A DNA stretch of 64,000 nt from Carcharhinus longimanus (GCA_030264375.1 JASCQW010000027.1:70650720-70714719), one strand, 5' to 3'. Positions 37,916-52,700 are shown, counted from the first letter of the stretch. Made by a program: numbers and translations. The notes: generated by a model from the letters alone, not told the origin.

Positions 37916-40839
37916 CTTGCTCGGTTCATTAGTGTTGGAATACATATTGACCAGGACACGATGAGAATCCCTTTCTTCAAAAGTGCTAAATGCTAGTTCA
38001 ACTCTGGTCAGTATCCCTGTCCTATTGCCTTAACTCTGCCAATCTACAACCAAGGATTTAAATGGAGAGTATATGGGTACCGTACCTTGGTAAGGTCTTT
38101 AAAATCTGGTAGCAAGAAAAGTTGTCCAACAATAACTTCCTCTCCTAAGTTAACTTATACAGCATCAAGATGCTAATACTCAAAACCAGCTCTGCTAGGC
38201 GGGATGGGCAAAATATCAAAATATCTCTGGGAATATTGCTGGACTTCAATAATTTTTTTTGAATATAGTTGGTCCTTGCCCAGACTGGTTTAACAAAGGA
38301 GTCTCCATTAATTTGTGAAATCCTGTTCTTGATTCCCCTTCTTGCCCCTAAAGGAGCACAGAGTGGACAAAGCACATGCTTACACCAGTTTTTGTACCTA
38401 ATTTTTCCTGAAACAAGTTGCTAGCTTGATACCAGAAGCAATAGCTTGAGGAGCACCATTCCACATCAAGTGTGGCTGCTGAGGACACACTTGCACTCCT
38501 ACTGCCTGTCATAGGCAAATTGGAAGGATTAATAATCAACTTGACTATGTTACGAGCACATCTTCCATGGCCATCAAGTCCTGAATTACAACTCAAACTC
38601 CAGGGCTTCTGGTTCAGGCAGAGATATCCATGCATCATAATACATCCTCATTTATGTGAAATCTACAACTTAAATATCAATTATGACTCCAGCACGAATT
38701 TGCATCAATTAGGTGACACATCAGTTCCACATGTAGCTGTCTCACCATTCCATTCCAGAATCATTATATACTAGAAACAAGAATCTTCTGACATAAACCT
38801 AGCTGCTACTACTTAACAGTCAAACTACAATGTTGGAAAAATTCTCATTCAACTTTACATTAATACAATGGCAAATACCACTGAAAATATTATTTCAAGT
38901 TTTCAACTAACATGTCAAATTTCAGTAAATTTAAACAGCCCAAAGGAGATGATCAGAATGGGCTGCATCAAAACTGTCAAAAACGCTAAACCTTTTAGTA
39001 TCATCAGCTAATCACAATTGGGAAGCAAAGAAGCTGCTGCAAGATTTCACTAGGCAATTGATCAATGCTCCTAACAGGAGCCTTGGGTCCTAAACCAGGA
39101 TGTGCAAGAAAGCACCTGCTGTTGGGTAGCAGATATGAAACAGTAATAACTCAATAGGATATCACAAACCTGCTGGTTTCTGTAACATTATCTCATATGC
39201 TGGGAATCAGATTCAGATCAAACAAAACTAAAAAGGGCCAAATCTAACACATCTTCAATCCATTTAACATGATTTTCTTTTCTCTGAAAATTGAATCATT
39301 CTTGTCTAAGCACTCTGCAACATCACATGCAAGTACACTGGAAGGTCATCTCCTTTCAGGCCTCTACTGTTTGCAGGTGGTGGCTGGAAGCAGGTAATTC
39401 CACCAACACAAAGCGGCATCGGGATTATTAGCTCACAGAGAAGTGGGGAACTACAGTGCAAATCTCTGGCATGGTGCCTTAAATTTGAAACTATCAATCC
39501 TTGAGATTTATAAATCATTAACCTATCCAAATGTACTTACTGCATTAATTAGTATGATGTTGGCAGCAAAAGGCATGTGTTTTGGTGAAATTCACTTCAA
39601 AAGGAAATAGAAGCATTCATCGCATGAAACAATTTGTTGATCGATCCCAAGCTCCTGCCTCATGCATCAAAATATGGAGCAGGCAGTGCAATTGCAAATA
39701 AACTTGAATTTGTCATTTATAAAGTTTCATCGTGGTCTGAGCAATCTGATCACTTTCACATTACATATTAAATAGTGGAGCAAGTCCATTGTGCTCGTGT
39801 GTATGGTGCAGTACATCTGTAACAGATCACATCATTTGTGTCGCTTCTACCTTAGTTTTCCTCTCACCTTTTTCCTTGCATTACCCAAATTGAACCCACA
39901 TTTCACTTATTCTCCAATAATAGCTCTGCTAAATTTCATGAAACTGCTTTGATTAGAAAGCATTCATTTAAAGGTAGCGCAAATTACACAATACATATGC
40001 AGAAATTATCAATGAGATGTTTAGCACTTAATTCCTGTTATCAGGCTTCCCATCAGGCTCAGGTATCTTAATTTTGTCCCGCTTGGGGTGCACCTTGATG
40101 CTGAGACATATCTGCCTCACGGTGAAGACAAGGCAAGTGACAAACTTAACAAGAATGGGCAGGCCAATAGTGGGTTCAGGAGGGAAGGGAAGTGACTTAG
40201 AACTGATCATGGAGACATCAGGGCTACAGGACAAAGGAGAATAGGGAGGGAAATATAAACACTCAGCTGAGTGGTCTGAGGTAGTCAGCTGGAGAATGGA
40301 TCAGAGGTGTAGGCTTGACTAGTAATAAGCAGGTTGGACAGGAAACATAGCACTCCACTAAGGAATTGATAATGCAAATAGACTGAGGGGTATTGAAAGA
40401 ATTTGGATGGTTTTGAAATGAAAACGTTTGGATGAGATATAGAGAAGATGGAATACAGAGACAAAAGCTATAGATATAATTGTGCAGAGAGTAGATGTGG
40501 CTAATGACAATAATAGGAATTCTGAAAGATAGCCAAGAGGTATTAAGGAAAACAAACAAGCAGGTTCTGCACACCTGCCCTCCAGGCAGTCAAATAGGAT
40601 TGTAAGTTTTAGGGTTTTGAAGTATAAAACCCTTCCGATTAAAAATCACAAAGATCAGCCTATTTAATTTCTAAAACACGAGTCTTCAGTTGTGCAAGTT
40701 ATGAAAAACTAGCATTTATGAATCAAGAAAGGGCAGCAATGGACAAGTTGGGTCCAAGGGCCTATTTCCATGCTGTCAACCTCTATGACTCTGTAAATAC
40801 ATGAAGCAAGATTTTTTGTGTACTTAGCAGCAACGAAGA

Positions 40840-41455
40840 CAACTTAGATCCTCACGAGTTCTGCAATCACTTTCCATGTTTTTTTTTTGTTGAAGTGGAC
40901 AAGTTCACATTTTCCCACGTTCCATACCACCTGCCAAATTTTTGCCCATTCATTTAATCTATTTATGTTTATTTGCAGACTCCTCATGTCCTCTTCACAA
41001 CTTATTTTCCAACCTATCAGCAAATTTAACAACATGACATTCAATCCCGTCATCAATACAGATTGTAAATAGTTGAGGCCCCTACTGATGTGTCACTTGA
41101 CTTATTATATCTTGCCAACCTGAAAATGATCCATTTATGTTGACTCTGCTTCCTGATAATTAAATAATCTTTTGACCATGCTAACATTACTCGTCAATCC
41201 TTTTAGTTTGTTTAGTAACCTTTGATGTGGCACCTTGTCAAATATCTTCCAGAAGCTAAAATACACCACGTCCACAGGATCCCCTTTATCCAAGTATCCA
41301 AGTTGTTTCTTACGCTAATAAATTTGGCAAACACTATTTACTTTCCAAAAAAATCATGTTGACTCTGTCTGATTGCATTAAGATTTTCTAAATGCCCCAC
41401 ATAACCTCCTTAACAATAGAATACAGCATTTTCCAATGATAAATGTTAAACTGTC
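40840..41455 (-). mobile_element. CR1 RT fragment
   Basis: SLQININRLNEWAKIWQVVWNVGKCELVHF and YLASGRYLTRCH (decayed YLDFxKAFDKV). Confidence 0.85.
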
Positions 41456-41472
41456 TCTACCTCTCCCGTCAA

Positions 41473-41772
41473 AGAATCCCAACAGTGCAGAAGAGGCCAT
41501 TCAGCCCTTTGAGTCTGCACCAACTCTGAGTAACTTACGCAGGGACTCTACCCCACCATAGCCCTGTAACTCTACACATTTCCCATCGCTAATCTATGGA
41601 ACTTACATATCTTGGGCCAGGGAGGGGCATGTCCAATCCACCTAACTTGAACATTTTGGGGTGTAGGAGGAAACCCACACAGAAATGAGAACATGCAAGC
41701 TCCACATAGACAGTCACTGAACCCGGAATTGAACCCAGGACGCTGGAGCTGCGAGTGCACGCATGCACCACC
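41473..41772 (-). mobile_element. HE1-type SINE
   Basis: B-box gggttcaattccggg and V-domain on the minus strand. Confidence 0.88.
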
Positions 41773-41894
41773 TCCCCCCATCTATAACAGTTCGAAGCAC
41801 TGGAGTCCAAACCACATGTGGCCACGGTTGCCAACTGGACATATTTCTGGAGGCCTCATTGTATGACCTTACACTTCAATCTGAAATTAAATGC

Positions 41895-42565
41895 AAAGGG
41901 ACTAGGGAGTCCTGACTTAAGATTTTCTAAAGGTTAACATGCAGTTCAGTTGACAGTTAGGAAGGCAAATTCAACGTTCGAATTCAATTCTAGAGGGCTA
42001 AAATACAACAGCAGGGATGTATTGCTGAAACTGTATAACTCCATTTTGAATATTGTGAGCAGTTATGGGCCCCATACCTAAGGAAGGATGTGTTGGCTTT
42101 GGAGGGGGTCCAGAGTATTTTCACAAGCATGATCCCAGGAATGAAGATTTGTCCTATGAGGAGCAGTTGAGAAGTCAGGACTTACACTCGATGGAGCTTA
42201 GAAGGACAGAGATCTAATTGAAACTGACGGAACACAGAGTGGACTTGAAGAGGATGTTTCCACTAGTAGGAGAGACTAGAACTCCAGGGCACAACCCTGA
42301 AGTGAAGGGACACTCCTGCAAAACTGGAACTTCTTCAGCCAGAGGGTGGTGAATCTGTGGAACTCTGCCACACAAGACTATAGAGGCCAGGTCATTGAGT
42401 ATTTTTAAGACAGAGAGAGATAGGGTCTTGATCAATAAGGGGATCAAAGGGTTATGGGGAGAAGGCAGGAGAATTGGGATGAGATTCATATCAGCCATGA
42501 CTGAATTGCGGAGCAGACTCGAGGCCGAATAACCTAATTCTGCTCCTATATATCTTACGGTTTAA
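41895..42565 (+). mobile_element. CR1 3' fragment
   Basis: LEYCEQLWAPYLRKDVLALEGVQ and NFFSQRVVNLWN, then a 3' UTR. Confidence 0.9.
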
Positions 42566-42945
42566 TCACAACATGCAGTATCTTTTTTTTTAAAAACCAT
42601 TTCCAATATTTTCTAAGCAATAAATCCCAAAGATTTTCCTCACTTTCACAATCTCCCCAGGAAACATGGACTATTCCCTAGTTCCACCTGACTATGATAA
42701 ACTGGCTGCAATACCCCCAAACCCTTGTAAGCTCAGTGATCCCAATTCAAGTTTTAGGTGGAAGTCATTCCCACGATAAGAAATCAACTTTTGAAAAAAC
42801 ACATCGAACAAAAACATTAAATATCTCTTTAGAAAGGAAATTAGGCTGAGAAGAATAAAGTTTACGAAACAAAGCTATGAAGGAGAATTAGCAGAACACT
42901 CACTTTTCCCTTTCACATAAATACATTTGAGTTGAAAAGTAAACA

Positions 42946-43160
42946 GGTGGCACAGTGTCACAGTGGTTAGCACTGCTGCCTTACAGCGCCATGGACCCTG
43001 GTCTGATTCCCAGCTTAGATCATAGTGCAGTGCTCTGGTGTGCTCCCACAGTCCAAAAGACATTAGGTGCAATGGCCAAATTTTCCCTCAGTGCACCCGA
43101 ACAGGTACCAGTGTGTTGACTTGAGGAGCTCCACAGAACTTCATTGCAGTGTTAATGCGG
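42946..43160 (+). mobile_element. tRNA-derived SINE (V-SINE subfamily with a different tail)
   Basis: ggtggcacagtg...cagtggttagcactgctgcc head; cccacagtccaaaagac core; aacttcattgcagtgttaatg tail. Confidence 0.8.
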
Positions 43161-46100
43161 CCCAAAACTTAACACTTAAGACTAAATGTTAACTAAATTA
43201 AATTTATTTTTAAGAATATCCTCAGGTTTTCAATATTATTTGAAAGAAAAGGCTGCTGGACAGAAGGTGAGAGAAACTGAGGAGAAACATCCCCTCATTG
43301 ACAATTCAATAGTAATGAAGCATCATGGGAATAGACATATTGGACAATCCAAACTCAGCTAAAGAGACACAGTTNNNNNNNNNNNNNNNNNNNNNNNNNN
43401 NNNNNNNNNNNNNNNNNNNNNNNNNNNNNNNNNNNNNNNNNNNNNNNNNNNNNNNNNNNNNNNNNNNNNNNNNNAATAGACATATTGGACAATCCAAACT
43501 CAGCTGAAGAGCCACAGTTCCAAGTTTAAATAGCAAATCCAAGTCCAGGTTTTTGAAACAGACTAATCTTCAGGTAAAACTTTAATTGATGCATTAAAAG
43601 ACAGATGATGAATTAGTGAATTGAAAATTCTTTCGTGTTTAACCATTCATTTTGGACATCAAAAATTTCAATTACTGGCAGTAAAATATAAAGAAAATAC
43701 AGTCTGAAATCATTTTGGACAACTCGTCAAAACACAGTGGCTTGACTGCACAATGCAAGTCTTGCAAAGTCAAGACCCATTATAAAAGCGCACAACTGCA
43801 AATGCTGACAAGACAATGTGTAATAAATAAGAGACATGGACAAAGAGACATGGCTTTTAATATATGAAATTCAGTTAAGTGCAAGGTGCATTTGAGACAT
43901 TAAACTGAAGCCCCTATTTGCCCCCATGATTCACAACGGGCATCTCAAAACAGTACATCTGGTCAACATCATTCCGCTGTTTGTGGGATCACGCTCACAA
44001 ATTGATAGCGCAACAGTAACTGAATTTCAAATGTTGCAAAGCATTCTGAGACATCGAGGTTAGCAAAGATGCTATATAAATGCAAGTCATTTTTTTTTTA
44101 AACCCCCTCTTCCCTGCTGCAACCAATCACTAACTCCCATTACTGCTTTCATAACTTTCGTCCTTCAAAGCCTGCGTTGATTTTGGAGAAAGCCTTCTAA
44201 TCACATAGCACTAGGTTTGTTAACAGCCTGCCAAATGTGATGAAAACAAGTGGACGTATTGGCAGAAAAGCAAAGTATATTGGCCAGAATTAATTTACTG
44301 GGCAATATGTCGCAACTTCTATAATACCTGGGATTACTGATAATACAAAATATCAAAAATTCCAAATTGAGAACAACGACAGCATAAGTGTAATTCATTA
44401 TATGCTGTTAAGCACTGTGTAAACCATAACTAGGAAATAATTGGATACATTCTAAACCATTTATGGCAATATGACAGAAGTACTCCTTGAACATCATAGG
44501 CCACGACATGAGCAAACTCTCTCACAATCTCTTGTGGTGTTAATCCAACAAGAGCCGAGATTAAATCCAGGAACACTGAAGTGCAGGACAAAACTGAAAT
44601 TCAAATCATTAGTCAGAGTTTTGTCACTTCAAATTTTTCAAACGCTCATCAATAATAGAAACATCATAACAAGGACTTCATTGTGCAGGCAATTCCGAAA
44701 GTCCAGTGAAGATTTTATTCTTTTTTGTAGCCTTTCCTTTTCTTATGCAAGTTTCATATATCCAATGCACACAACTAATATATATGCATCAAGCCTAATA
44801 AAGCAATCAGATTAGTTTTTCCAAGTATTTCTTATTGCGCTAACAAATGGAAAGCACAGCTGAAAATATAAAATAGCTATTTTGCATTTCATCAAACAAG
44901 ATAACAAAATCTTCTTTGGTATACAGACAGTTATACGAATTGCAGTAATTTTGTAAAAATTGAGTACATAATCCTGTATAGCTCATTACAGAGGAAAAAA
45001 TTCACAAGCAGAAATATAATAACTGAGCTTTAAGATTATCCAAGGCAGAAAAAAAAAATCAGCATTTTATTGTAGGTTTTGAACACTGAAATCACTTATG
45101 GAAGTTGTATGAATTGTCTGTTCTTTTCTACAGCTTTTGTCAGATTCTTGATGGCATACTAAAATTTTGAGTGGCTTGCCAACCCATGTATGCAATCTCA
45201 AAAAAATTAAAATAGTCCCGATGAAGGAAATCAAAAATCCAAATAGTGATTTGAGCAGATAAGGGAAAAAACATTCAGCTCCTTGGGCTTGGTCAATTAC
45301 ATCCATCTTAGCTTCATTTATCCTCCTTGGTTCTGTAATGCTTAATACTCTTGGATAATTAGCCATAGTCCACTAAGGGCCAAGTCGATAAATAGCTCAA
45401 GGGGCACCACTCCACATTAAACATAGGGAAAGGTGTAAGCGCCGGCCTCCAAGAACCATTACAGCCAGCAGGAGATCGAACCCACATTTTTGGCCTCTTT
45501 CGCATGACATTCTAGCCAGAAGAGTGAACACCTTTAGCGCAAAGATTTATCAGTCATTTTTTGACATTTTCAATTGATCTATCCTCAACAGATGCATTTT
45601 CCAGATTTCCACAACTCTGCGCGAGTAAGCAACATTGCACCAGGATAACCTAGCTCTAATTGTCAGGTTATATTACTCTCAATTTCCCCACCACATGAAA
45701 TAGATTCTCTGTCCATCCTTTCAAATCCTTGAATCAACTTAAATACACCAATTACAGTGCTCTTTAACCTTCTGTGCTCAAAGGAACATAAGCCTAGCTA
45801 AATACTGGCAGGACAAGATGATCAAAGTCTAACTGACCCTAGTTTACAAAGCAGTCAGATTCAAAAGAATGAACATTCCAAGATGATCAAAGTTGTTGCT
45901 ATTTATTATTTTGTGTTAGCATCCCCAGGAAAAGCCAGAGTTGGCATCAAGTGACAAGCTCATCAAGTTTCAATTATACACAAAATCTTTAAATATTCCT
46001 TAAAAGTGCCCACAGTGAAAGGCCACTAGGCATTCCCCCACATCTTTTTGTGCTAAATGATGCTGTGTGGTAGGCATATAGCTGTGGCAACATAATATTG

Positions 46101-46761
46101 CCAAAAATGCCAAAGTCATGAGCCTCTGATGTGCAGTAGCTGCTACGGTAATGAGAAGCCACACGTAATCCAAAATTAGTGACGCCGAGTCTGTAAGGGT
46201 GTAGGACTTTCACAAATGTAATATATACTCGATGGATTAAAATGAGAAACAGCCCTACCAGCAAAAGAAACTAAAACATGGATTGCTGCAATTAAGCATC
46301 TTGGCATGATAGCACTGCATTTGAAACCTTTGGGAATCCTCTTCGATCCTCTTTCTTTAAAACGTCATTAAATGTAAACATTGCTTCTTTTAATTGCTCT
46401 CAATGCGAACAGATGATATCATCTACAGAATTCTTTTTATTATACCTTCAAGTTACAACATTGAAACACAACTGGTTTAAAGGCAACCATGTGAAACAAA
46501 CCCATTTTCATCGTTGTCTTATTGCTTGACTCAGCATTTCATTAGGGATACAATTTCCTTTAAATATTAAGATTTTATCCAAAAAGGAAGAAAACACATC
46601 AGAAACAATTACAAGTTACAGAGCTCTATAATGTAACCATTTTCAAATGGTAAATTCACTGGGTACAAGTATTACCTGACACACTTAGGCAGGTCTAACT
46701 TATTATTAAAAATATCTAATATTTACAAACATTATTCTTATAGCACTCAGAATACAGACAG

Positions 46762-46842
46762 CAAAAACAAAATACTGCAGATACTAGAATCTGAAACAAA
46801 AACAGAAAATGCTGGAGAATCTCAGCAGATCTGACAGCATCT
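46762..46842. mobile_element. Penelope-derived terminal arm (single)
   Basis: aaaatactgcagatactagaatctgaaacaaaaacagaaaatgctggagaatctcagcagatctgacagcatct is the reverse complement of the right arm at 60585-60665. Confidence 0.7.
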
Positions 46843-47418
46843 TGAGGGGTGGGGTGTTAAAACATGTCCATTAAGTGATCAGAATGTGCGATTGGCTGAA
46901 CAAAGGTACAGATTGTTAAAGGACTGCAGCAGTTGCCCTGAAGGGAGGGGAGAGGGCAAGAAAGAGAGTTGGAATGGAAAGTGGAAAAATGATAGTGTGA
47001 AAGACAGATGATAAAATGGATGAATAGGATGAAACAAACAAATAAATAAAATCAATGGAAATGGGGTGAAGATGAAGAGAGTAGAATACAGACAGCATCA
47101 TGTATAAAAACAGCTTGTGCACATCCAAATAGATGATTTATTTATCCCAATAAACTACATCAAGATGGTGCTCTGAACTCAAATTATACCTCAGATGGAC
47201 CAGCGGCTGACACACTTATTTGCCCATAACATAAACCACTACCACTAAGTTATGGTGCACCATAATTTTCTAGAAGGTAAAATGTGAGAGATCCTTCTGA
47301 ATTTGTTAGCCCAGGCCATGCAGGCTCCGAGTATTGCTCCACACAATGGTCAATATAGAGGACCAATTTCATCTCAAGTATCTTAGCAAATGCCTTCCTT
47401 TATCTTAGGCTCCCATTA

Positions 47419-47565
47419 TAGAATCCCTACAGTACAGGTGGTGGTCATTCAAGCCTCCAACAGCAAACGCATCCAGGCCCTATCCCACACATTTATTCTG
47501 CTAATCCCCCTGATACTAATTTAGCATGGCCAATCAACCTAACCCACACATCTTTGCACTGTAAG
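47419..47565 (-). mobile_element. HE1-type SINE 3' part
   Basis: atagaatccctacagt tail and ttagcatggccaatcaacctaacc core. Confidence 0.8.
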
Positions 47566-47644
47566 ATACAACAATGAGCCTTAACAGGATAGGAATTCCA
47601 ATCCACTTATCTATAGTGCAGAAACTTTGTGATGAGACTGCAAT

Positions 47645-47830
47645 AAAGGCAAGAAATGCTCGAAATGCCAGATCAGGCATGAGAAACAGAGTTAACACTT
47701 CAAGTCTGTAACCTTTTATCAGATCTGAAACATTTTGACTTACTTCCTTGCTCTTGCTGTCAATGCTATCAGAGCTGCAGAGTATTCGCAAAACTTTATT
47801 TCAGATTTCCGGCATCTGTGGTATTTTTTC
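47645..47830. mobile_element. Heavily decayed palindromic Penelope-derived element
   Basis: Left arm aaatgctcgaaat...agagttaacacttcaag; right arm ...tttcagatttccggcatctgtggtatttt. Similar to 60446-60665. Confidence 0.55.
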
Positions 47831-49334
47831 CCCTCAGAATAAACCGCATGTTATTAAAATCATAATCTTAAAATGCTTTGTTCATTCCATATCCTATTTA
47901 GGAAAATTAAATAGCTTGTTACTTGCAAGACTGACTGAAAACGTTCGTTCTTTGCTACTTTCCAGAATTTAGTTGCAAAATAAACTAAGGGAGAAATCAC
48001 ATTTACAAGACTTCAAATTATTCTATACAAATGTCAGAAAACTGATAGACTTCTGGAGTCAACAGATGTACTCCATTATTCTCTTAGTCAGCACTGACTG
48101 CACTTCACCCATTAACCCAAAGGTTGCTATTGCATTCACCAATTCATCTCCACCATAAAAATCTGGAAGAACCAACATTTTCTTCACTTGAGCAAAACCA
48201 AAGCCATCATCTTGAGCTCCAGCACACTCACCTGGCCTGAAACTGCTCCAGGGCTGACATTTTATGCAAAACCTTGGAATGCTGCTCAAGTTTATGTTCT
48301 GTTTCCTTCCCCATGATAGATCCAAAACTTCCATTTAATTATGAATTACCTTGCAATTCAATTTCTGCATTGCTGTCAACAGTGCTCCTATCTTCACCTT
48401 GCATAATTACAATTCACTCAACTCAAGTTAAGCTTTGCAATTAGTTGAACCACTGGAAGTATTTTCTATCCCTTAAACATCTCCAACTTAGCAGTTCCCG
48501 AATTGTGCTTTCAAAACATTTCTCTTTGGTTGTACTTGGCCCACCCTTCAGTCTTTGCTTTCATTTGTGTCATTCACTGTCATATCTCTTGGAATTTTTG
48601 CACAGGAGCACATTTTTACACTAAACCTGACAAAAACCATGTTGCTAAACTAATGAAAGTTGGCAAAAAAAATGCATACAAAGCACACAGCACAACCCTG
48701 TAACTCAAATTTCAAAAAAAAGAAATAGTCCAGGAGAAACTGAATTATTCATGAAGGCATAAGATTGTGTTTCATTGGAGTTCATATTTACAAGTGTATA
48801 AGAAAATACTTGAGTTATCACTTTTTAAGCTAATCTGCTGTATATTAACCCAAGTCCCAGAATATACAGAACCAATTTGTCTAAATCTACTCATTCAAGC
48901 TGCACAAATATCAGTCACCATATTCCTGCATATGCAAGCATTAAAAAATGTTTTCATTCAGCTGAGAAAAAGCACTGCAATGTGTTATTTACCACAGTAA
49001 CAATGTTTGTCACAGCTGGATATCATGAGCCACCTAATTCACATAATTACTGCAATTAAAACTAATTGCAGTAATAGTAACCAACTCTTTCAGCATTTGC
49101 GTATAAGAATAACCTTTGTTGACATGACCCCCATATGACATGACACAGAATGTTACAAAACATGCTGCAAGAGTAATTGCTTTGGAAAGGCTAACATTTA
49201 TTACACTTAGAAAAACCGTGGAAAAGCAGCTTCATTTTTCTATCATATTCATTTCTTCTCAGCACAAAGCAGTTCGAAACTCATAACTTTCCTACTCTAG
49301 TGTTCACAGTTCAGCAATAACATTGCCTTGCAGT

Positions 49335-49700
49335 CACCGACCCTAGTTTATAAAGCAGTAAGATCTGATGGCAAGATTCAAAAGGATGAACATTCCAAAT
49401 AAAGGCCTGTAGCATGGCTGTATTTATTTGCTGCCATCCTCATCAGGGAATACCGGCCCCTCACTTACAAAGTTATTCCAGTAGCACTGGCATTGTCACT
49501 TTATTGGTATGCCTGGTCCAGAAGGAAATCTTGCAATATAAATTCAAGTACACTTCAACACCACAATACAGGTCGCACAGTTTCAAATACACTACTAACA
49601 ATGCTGCTGGTAGGATTCTGCATTCATTCCACAACTGTACAGCATTGGCAACTCCCACTGGACATAATCCTAGACCTGATCACAATGCTCAATTATATGA
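49335..49700 (-). mobile_element. Possible decayed hAT transposase C-terminal remnant
   Basis: EVYLNLYCKISFWTRHTNKVTMPVL resembles the E..YL....L.FW.......P.L start of the hAT dimerisation domain. Weak. Confidence 0.3.
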
Positions 49701-50369
49701 CATTTAACTGGCGTTTGCAAGTGTCACTGTGAAAGCTGGATGCACTGTGGTTGAGTATCTTCAATCACTGTTTCATGTCATCAGTTGCACAGCAAAATGT
49801 TCAATGAAGAACATGCATGGCCATAAAATACAGGCATTAAACTCTAAAACAGGTCCTGGGAAAGAATTAAGAGTCAAATATGTGGAGACAAAGCAGCTTG
49901 TTTTCAGTAGAGGGTGGATGCAAGCATAAAGAATGTGAGGATATATCTGCATTTCATGAAGACAAAAAGACATAACATTTAATGCAACTGAAACACCAGG
50001 GAGCATGGATTGGAGAATGGAAAATCCAAGGTGAGACAGGAACCATTTAGTGAATTTGGCATGGGTGTTAAGAATGGTGGCATGATACAGTCAAGATACT
50101 CTCGGTATAATTGCTTGGTGTGAAGAGGGATGTAAACTTCCAAGCTCAGGGCAGTGCAGATTTCAAAGTAGGCTGCACAGCGATGAGTCATTAGTAGTAT
50201 GAATTCACATTCTCTAGAAATCATTGAGCAACGAATATTAGAGAGATAATATCACTCACTAGTTTTCAGTCAATTTTGATTGTTTCAGTTGTATTATGTG
50301 AGTATTGAGAGTTTCATTCAAAAGTCTGGCAGCAAGGAAGAACATACCTTGCATTGAGTTGATCTTTCT

Positions 50370-50487
50370 CTACAGCTTAGCTACGGCTGTAACACTACAT
50401 TCTGCACTCTCTCATTTCAGATGTACGGTATGCTTTGTATAGTGCGCAAGAAACAATCCTTTTCACTATATACCAAGACATGTGTTC
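50370..50487 (+). mobile_element. Rex1/Babar LINE 3' tail
   Basis: tgtatagtgcgcaagaaacaatccttttcact matches the reverse complement of 56225-56260. Confidence 0.65.
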
Positions 50488-51211
50488 CCACATCCAATGA
50501 ACCCCCTCTACTGATGAAGTCCTTTGCAATGCAAAAATGTGAAGGTGCAATGGAAGCACCAGATATCAAGAATGTATCGTGCTGCTGGGGTCATCCATAA
50601 GAGCAGAGCAGCCATAAGTGGAATTGCATTCCAGACCGGCTGTGGAAGAAGCTGCACTGATGAAAAGATTGGGAAAGAAGAAGCTTCCATAGCCAGTGCC
50701 AGGATACAGCAATATTGACCTTGAAAACACTTCTCTCACGTTGCTCACAGCAGTGAAGGAGATGAATCTTCAGTTCTAGGAAACTTTAGAGAATTTCTAA
50801 GCGCTGCCAAACATACACTTTCAGCCAGCATTAAGTGTTCGTATGTAATCAGTTCATTTCTGAAAAAGGAGCCAGATGGGCCAATAGCCGTGCTGTCAGT
50901 AAGTTTATTTAGCATATTAATCACAAAGCTTTAAAAACCATTTAAATCAACAGGATGTAATTATGTGCCAATACATGAATTGTTTGACATTTATTTCATC
51001 ACCTCAAATTTCTCCTACCCCTCACCAAAACTGAGTCTCAAATTACCTGGTGCATATCTCAAATCTAACTGTCATTAGGTTTTTTAACAAGTTAAACTAA
51101 GCTGAGAACCATCATCTTATACAACCAATATTAAAATCTGAACAGCACTCGAGGTTTATGTCTTCCTACCTACCAATACTTAAATTTTGTTATATCCTTT
51201 AGAGAATACCT

Positions 51212-51562
51212 GCATGTTGGCCCAGCAGTTAGCACTGCTGCCTCAACACCAGGGGCCTGGGTTCAATTCTGGCCTTGGCCTGTGTAGATTCTCCCCATGT
51301 CCGCATGGGTTTCATCCAGGGGCTCCAGTTTTGTCCCACAGTCTATAGATGTGCAGGTTAATTGGATTGGTCATGCTAAATTGCCTTGAGTGTCCAGAAA
51401 TGTGTAGGTTAGATGGATTAGCCATGGTTCAATGCATGGGATTATGGGGATAGCATTTGGGGGGGGGGGGGGTGTGTGGAGAGAAGCGGGAGATATTCTG
51501 ACAGCGTTGATGTAAACTTCATGGGCCAAATGGTCTCCTTCTGTTCTGTAGGGATTCTATGA
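51212..51562 (+). mobile_element. HE1/V-SINE-type SINE with internal G run
   Basis: ttagcactgctgcctca, gggttcaattc B-box, V-domain and gtagggattctatga tail. Confidence 0.9.
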
Positions 51563-52154
51563 ACTAGTCAGATGCACCTAGGAAAGGACATATAGATTAA
51601 GAATATTTTGCATACTTGCAAAAGGCCATAATGTTCATAGACAGCAGGAATATTGCTCTTTACCCACAAACTAAAAAGATTTATAGTATAGTATAATCAA
51701 CTGTTGACACTGCTAATTTTTCCGAATGGCACAAGTACACTGGTGCTACTTCTGAAGCATTTAGAAAATAGAAAATTGCACTTCCACAGAACATACAGGA
51801 AAGGCAAATGCAGGCATCCCTCTGAATAATTTTCCCCATTTTTAACAATCCTTTTCTGACCTTTAAAGCATTCAGATGGCCTGTTTAAACGTTCTGCAAG
51901 AAAATCCCTTACGAGCATCAGTTTTATTAATTAAGTCCAATTACAGCTAACTGCTCATTCTCAACAACACAGCACACTTAATGCTCTGTATAAATAATTT
52001 GTACATTTAATACTTGGATCTTCTCAACTCCAGAAACCTGGGTACGAACGGAATTACTTTTTGCATTTAGGTCAACTATGTGAAAAAAAACAAAAACTGG
52101 AAGCAATCAGCTAAAACTTGTAGCAATTGGAGACAATCAATTTACTTGTTTGTA

Positions 52155-52700
52155 GTCCATGCCCAAATGCAGCAAGACCTGAACAATATCCAGACTTTGA
52201 TACTGAATTAATCATCGCCCCTTGACATTCCATTTCCACCACCCACAAGCCAAGTCAGAAATGTAATGGCTTGACTTGCCTGGATGACTGCAGCTCCAAC
52301 AGTGAAGATTGACACTATCTAGGACAAAAGCACCCTGCTTGATTGCTACCCCATCCACAAACATTCACTACCTTCACTACTGACGAACAGTGGCAGCCAT
52401 GTGCACCATCTACAAGATGCACTGCAGAAAATCATCAGGCAGCATCTTCCAAACCCACAATGCTACCATCTAAAAAGGACAGGCGCAGCAAATCCATGGG
52501 AACACCACCACCTGCAAGTGCCCATCCAAGCCACTCACCAGCCTGATATGGAAATATATTGCCATTTCTTTGCAGTCACTAGGTCAAAATACTGGAACTC
52601 CTAAAAGGCAGCTCACCACCACCTTATCAAGGGCAATTAGTATTGGGCAATAAATGCTGGCCTAGCCAGTGAAGTACACATCCCTTGGATAAAAAGATAC
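52155..52700 (+). mobile_element. CR1-clade LINE 3' end (same family as 24.0-24.6 kb)
   Basis: ccatctacaagatgcactgcag...gggcaataaatgctggcctagccag tail, shared with the SINE at 60.3-60.8 kb. Confidence 0.85.

Noticed and set aside
43329-43520. 45-bp direct repeat
   Set aside because: It flanks a 100-N gap, so it is probably a contig overlap; a short tandem array cannot be excluded.
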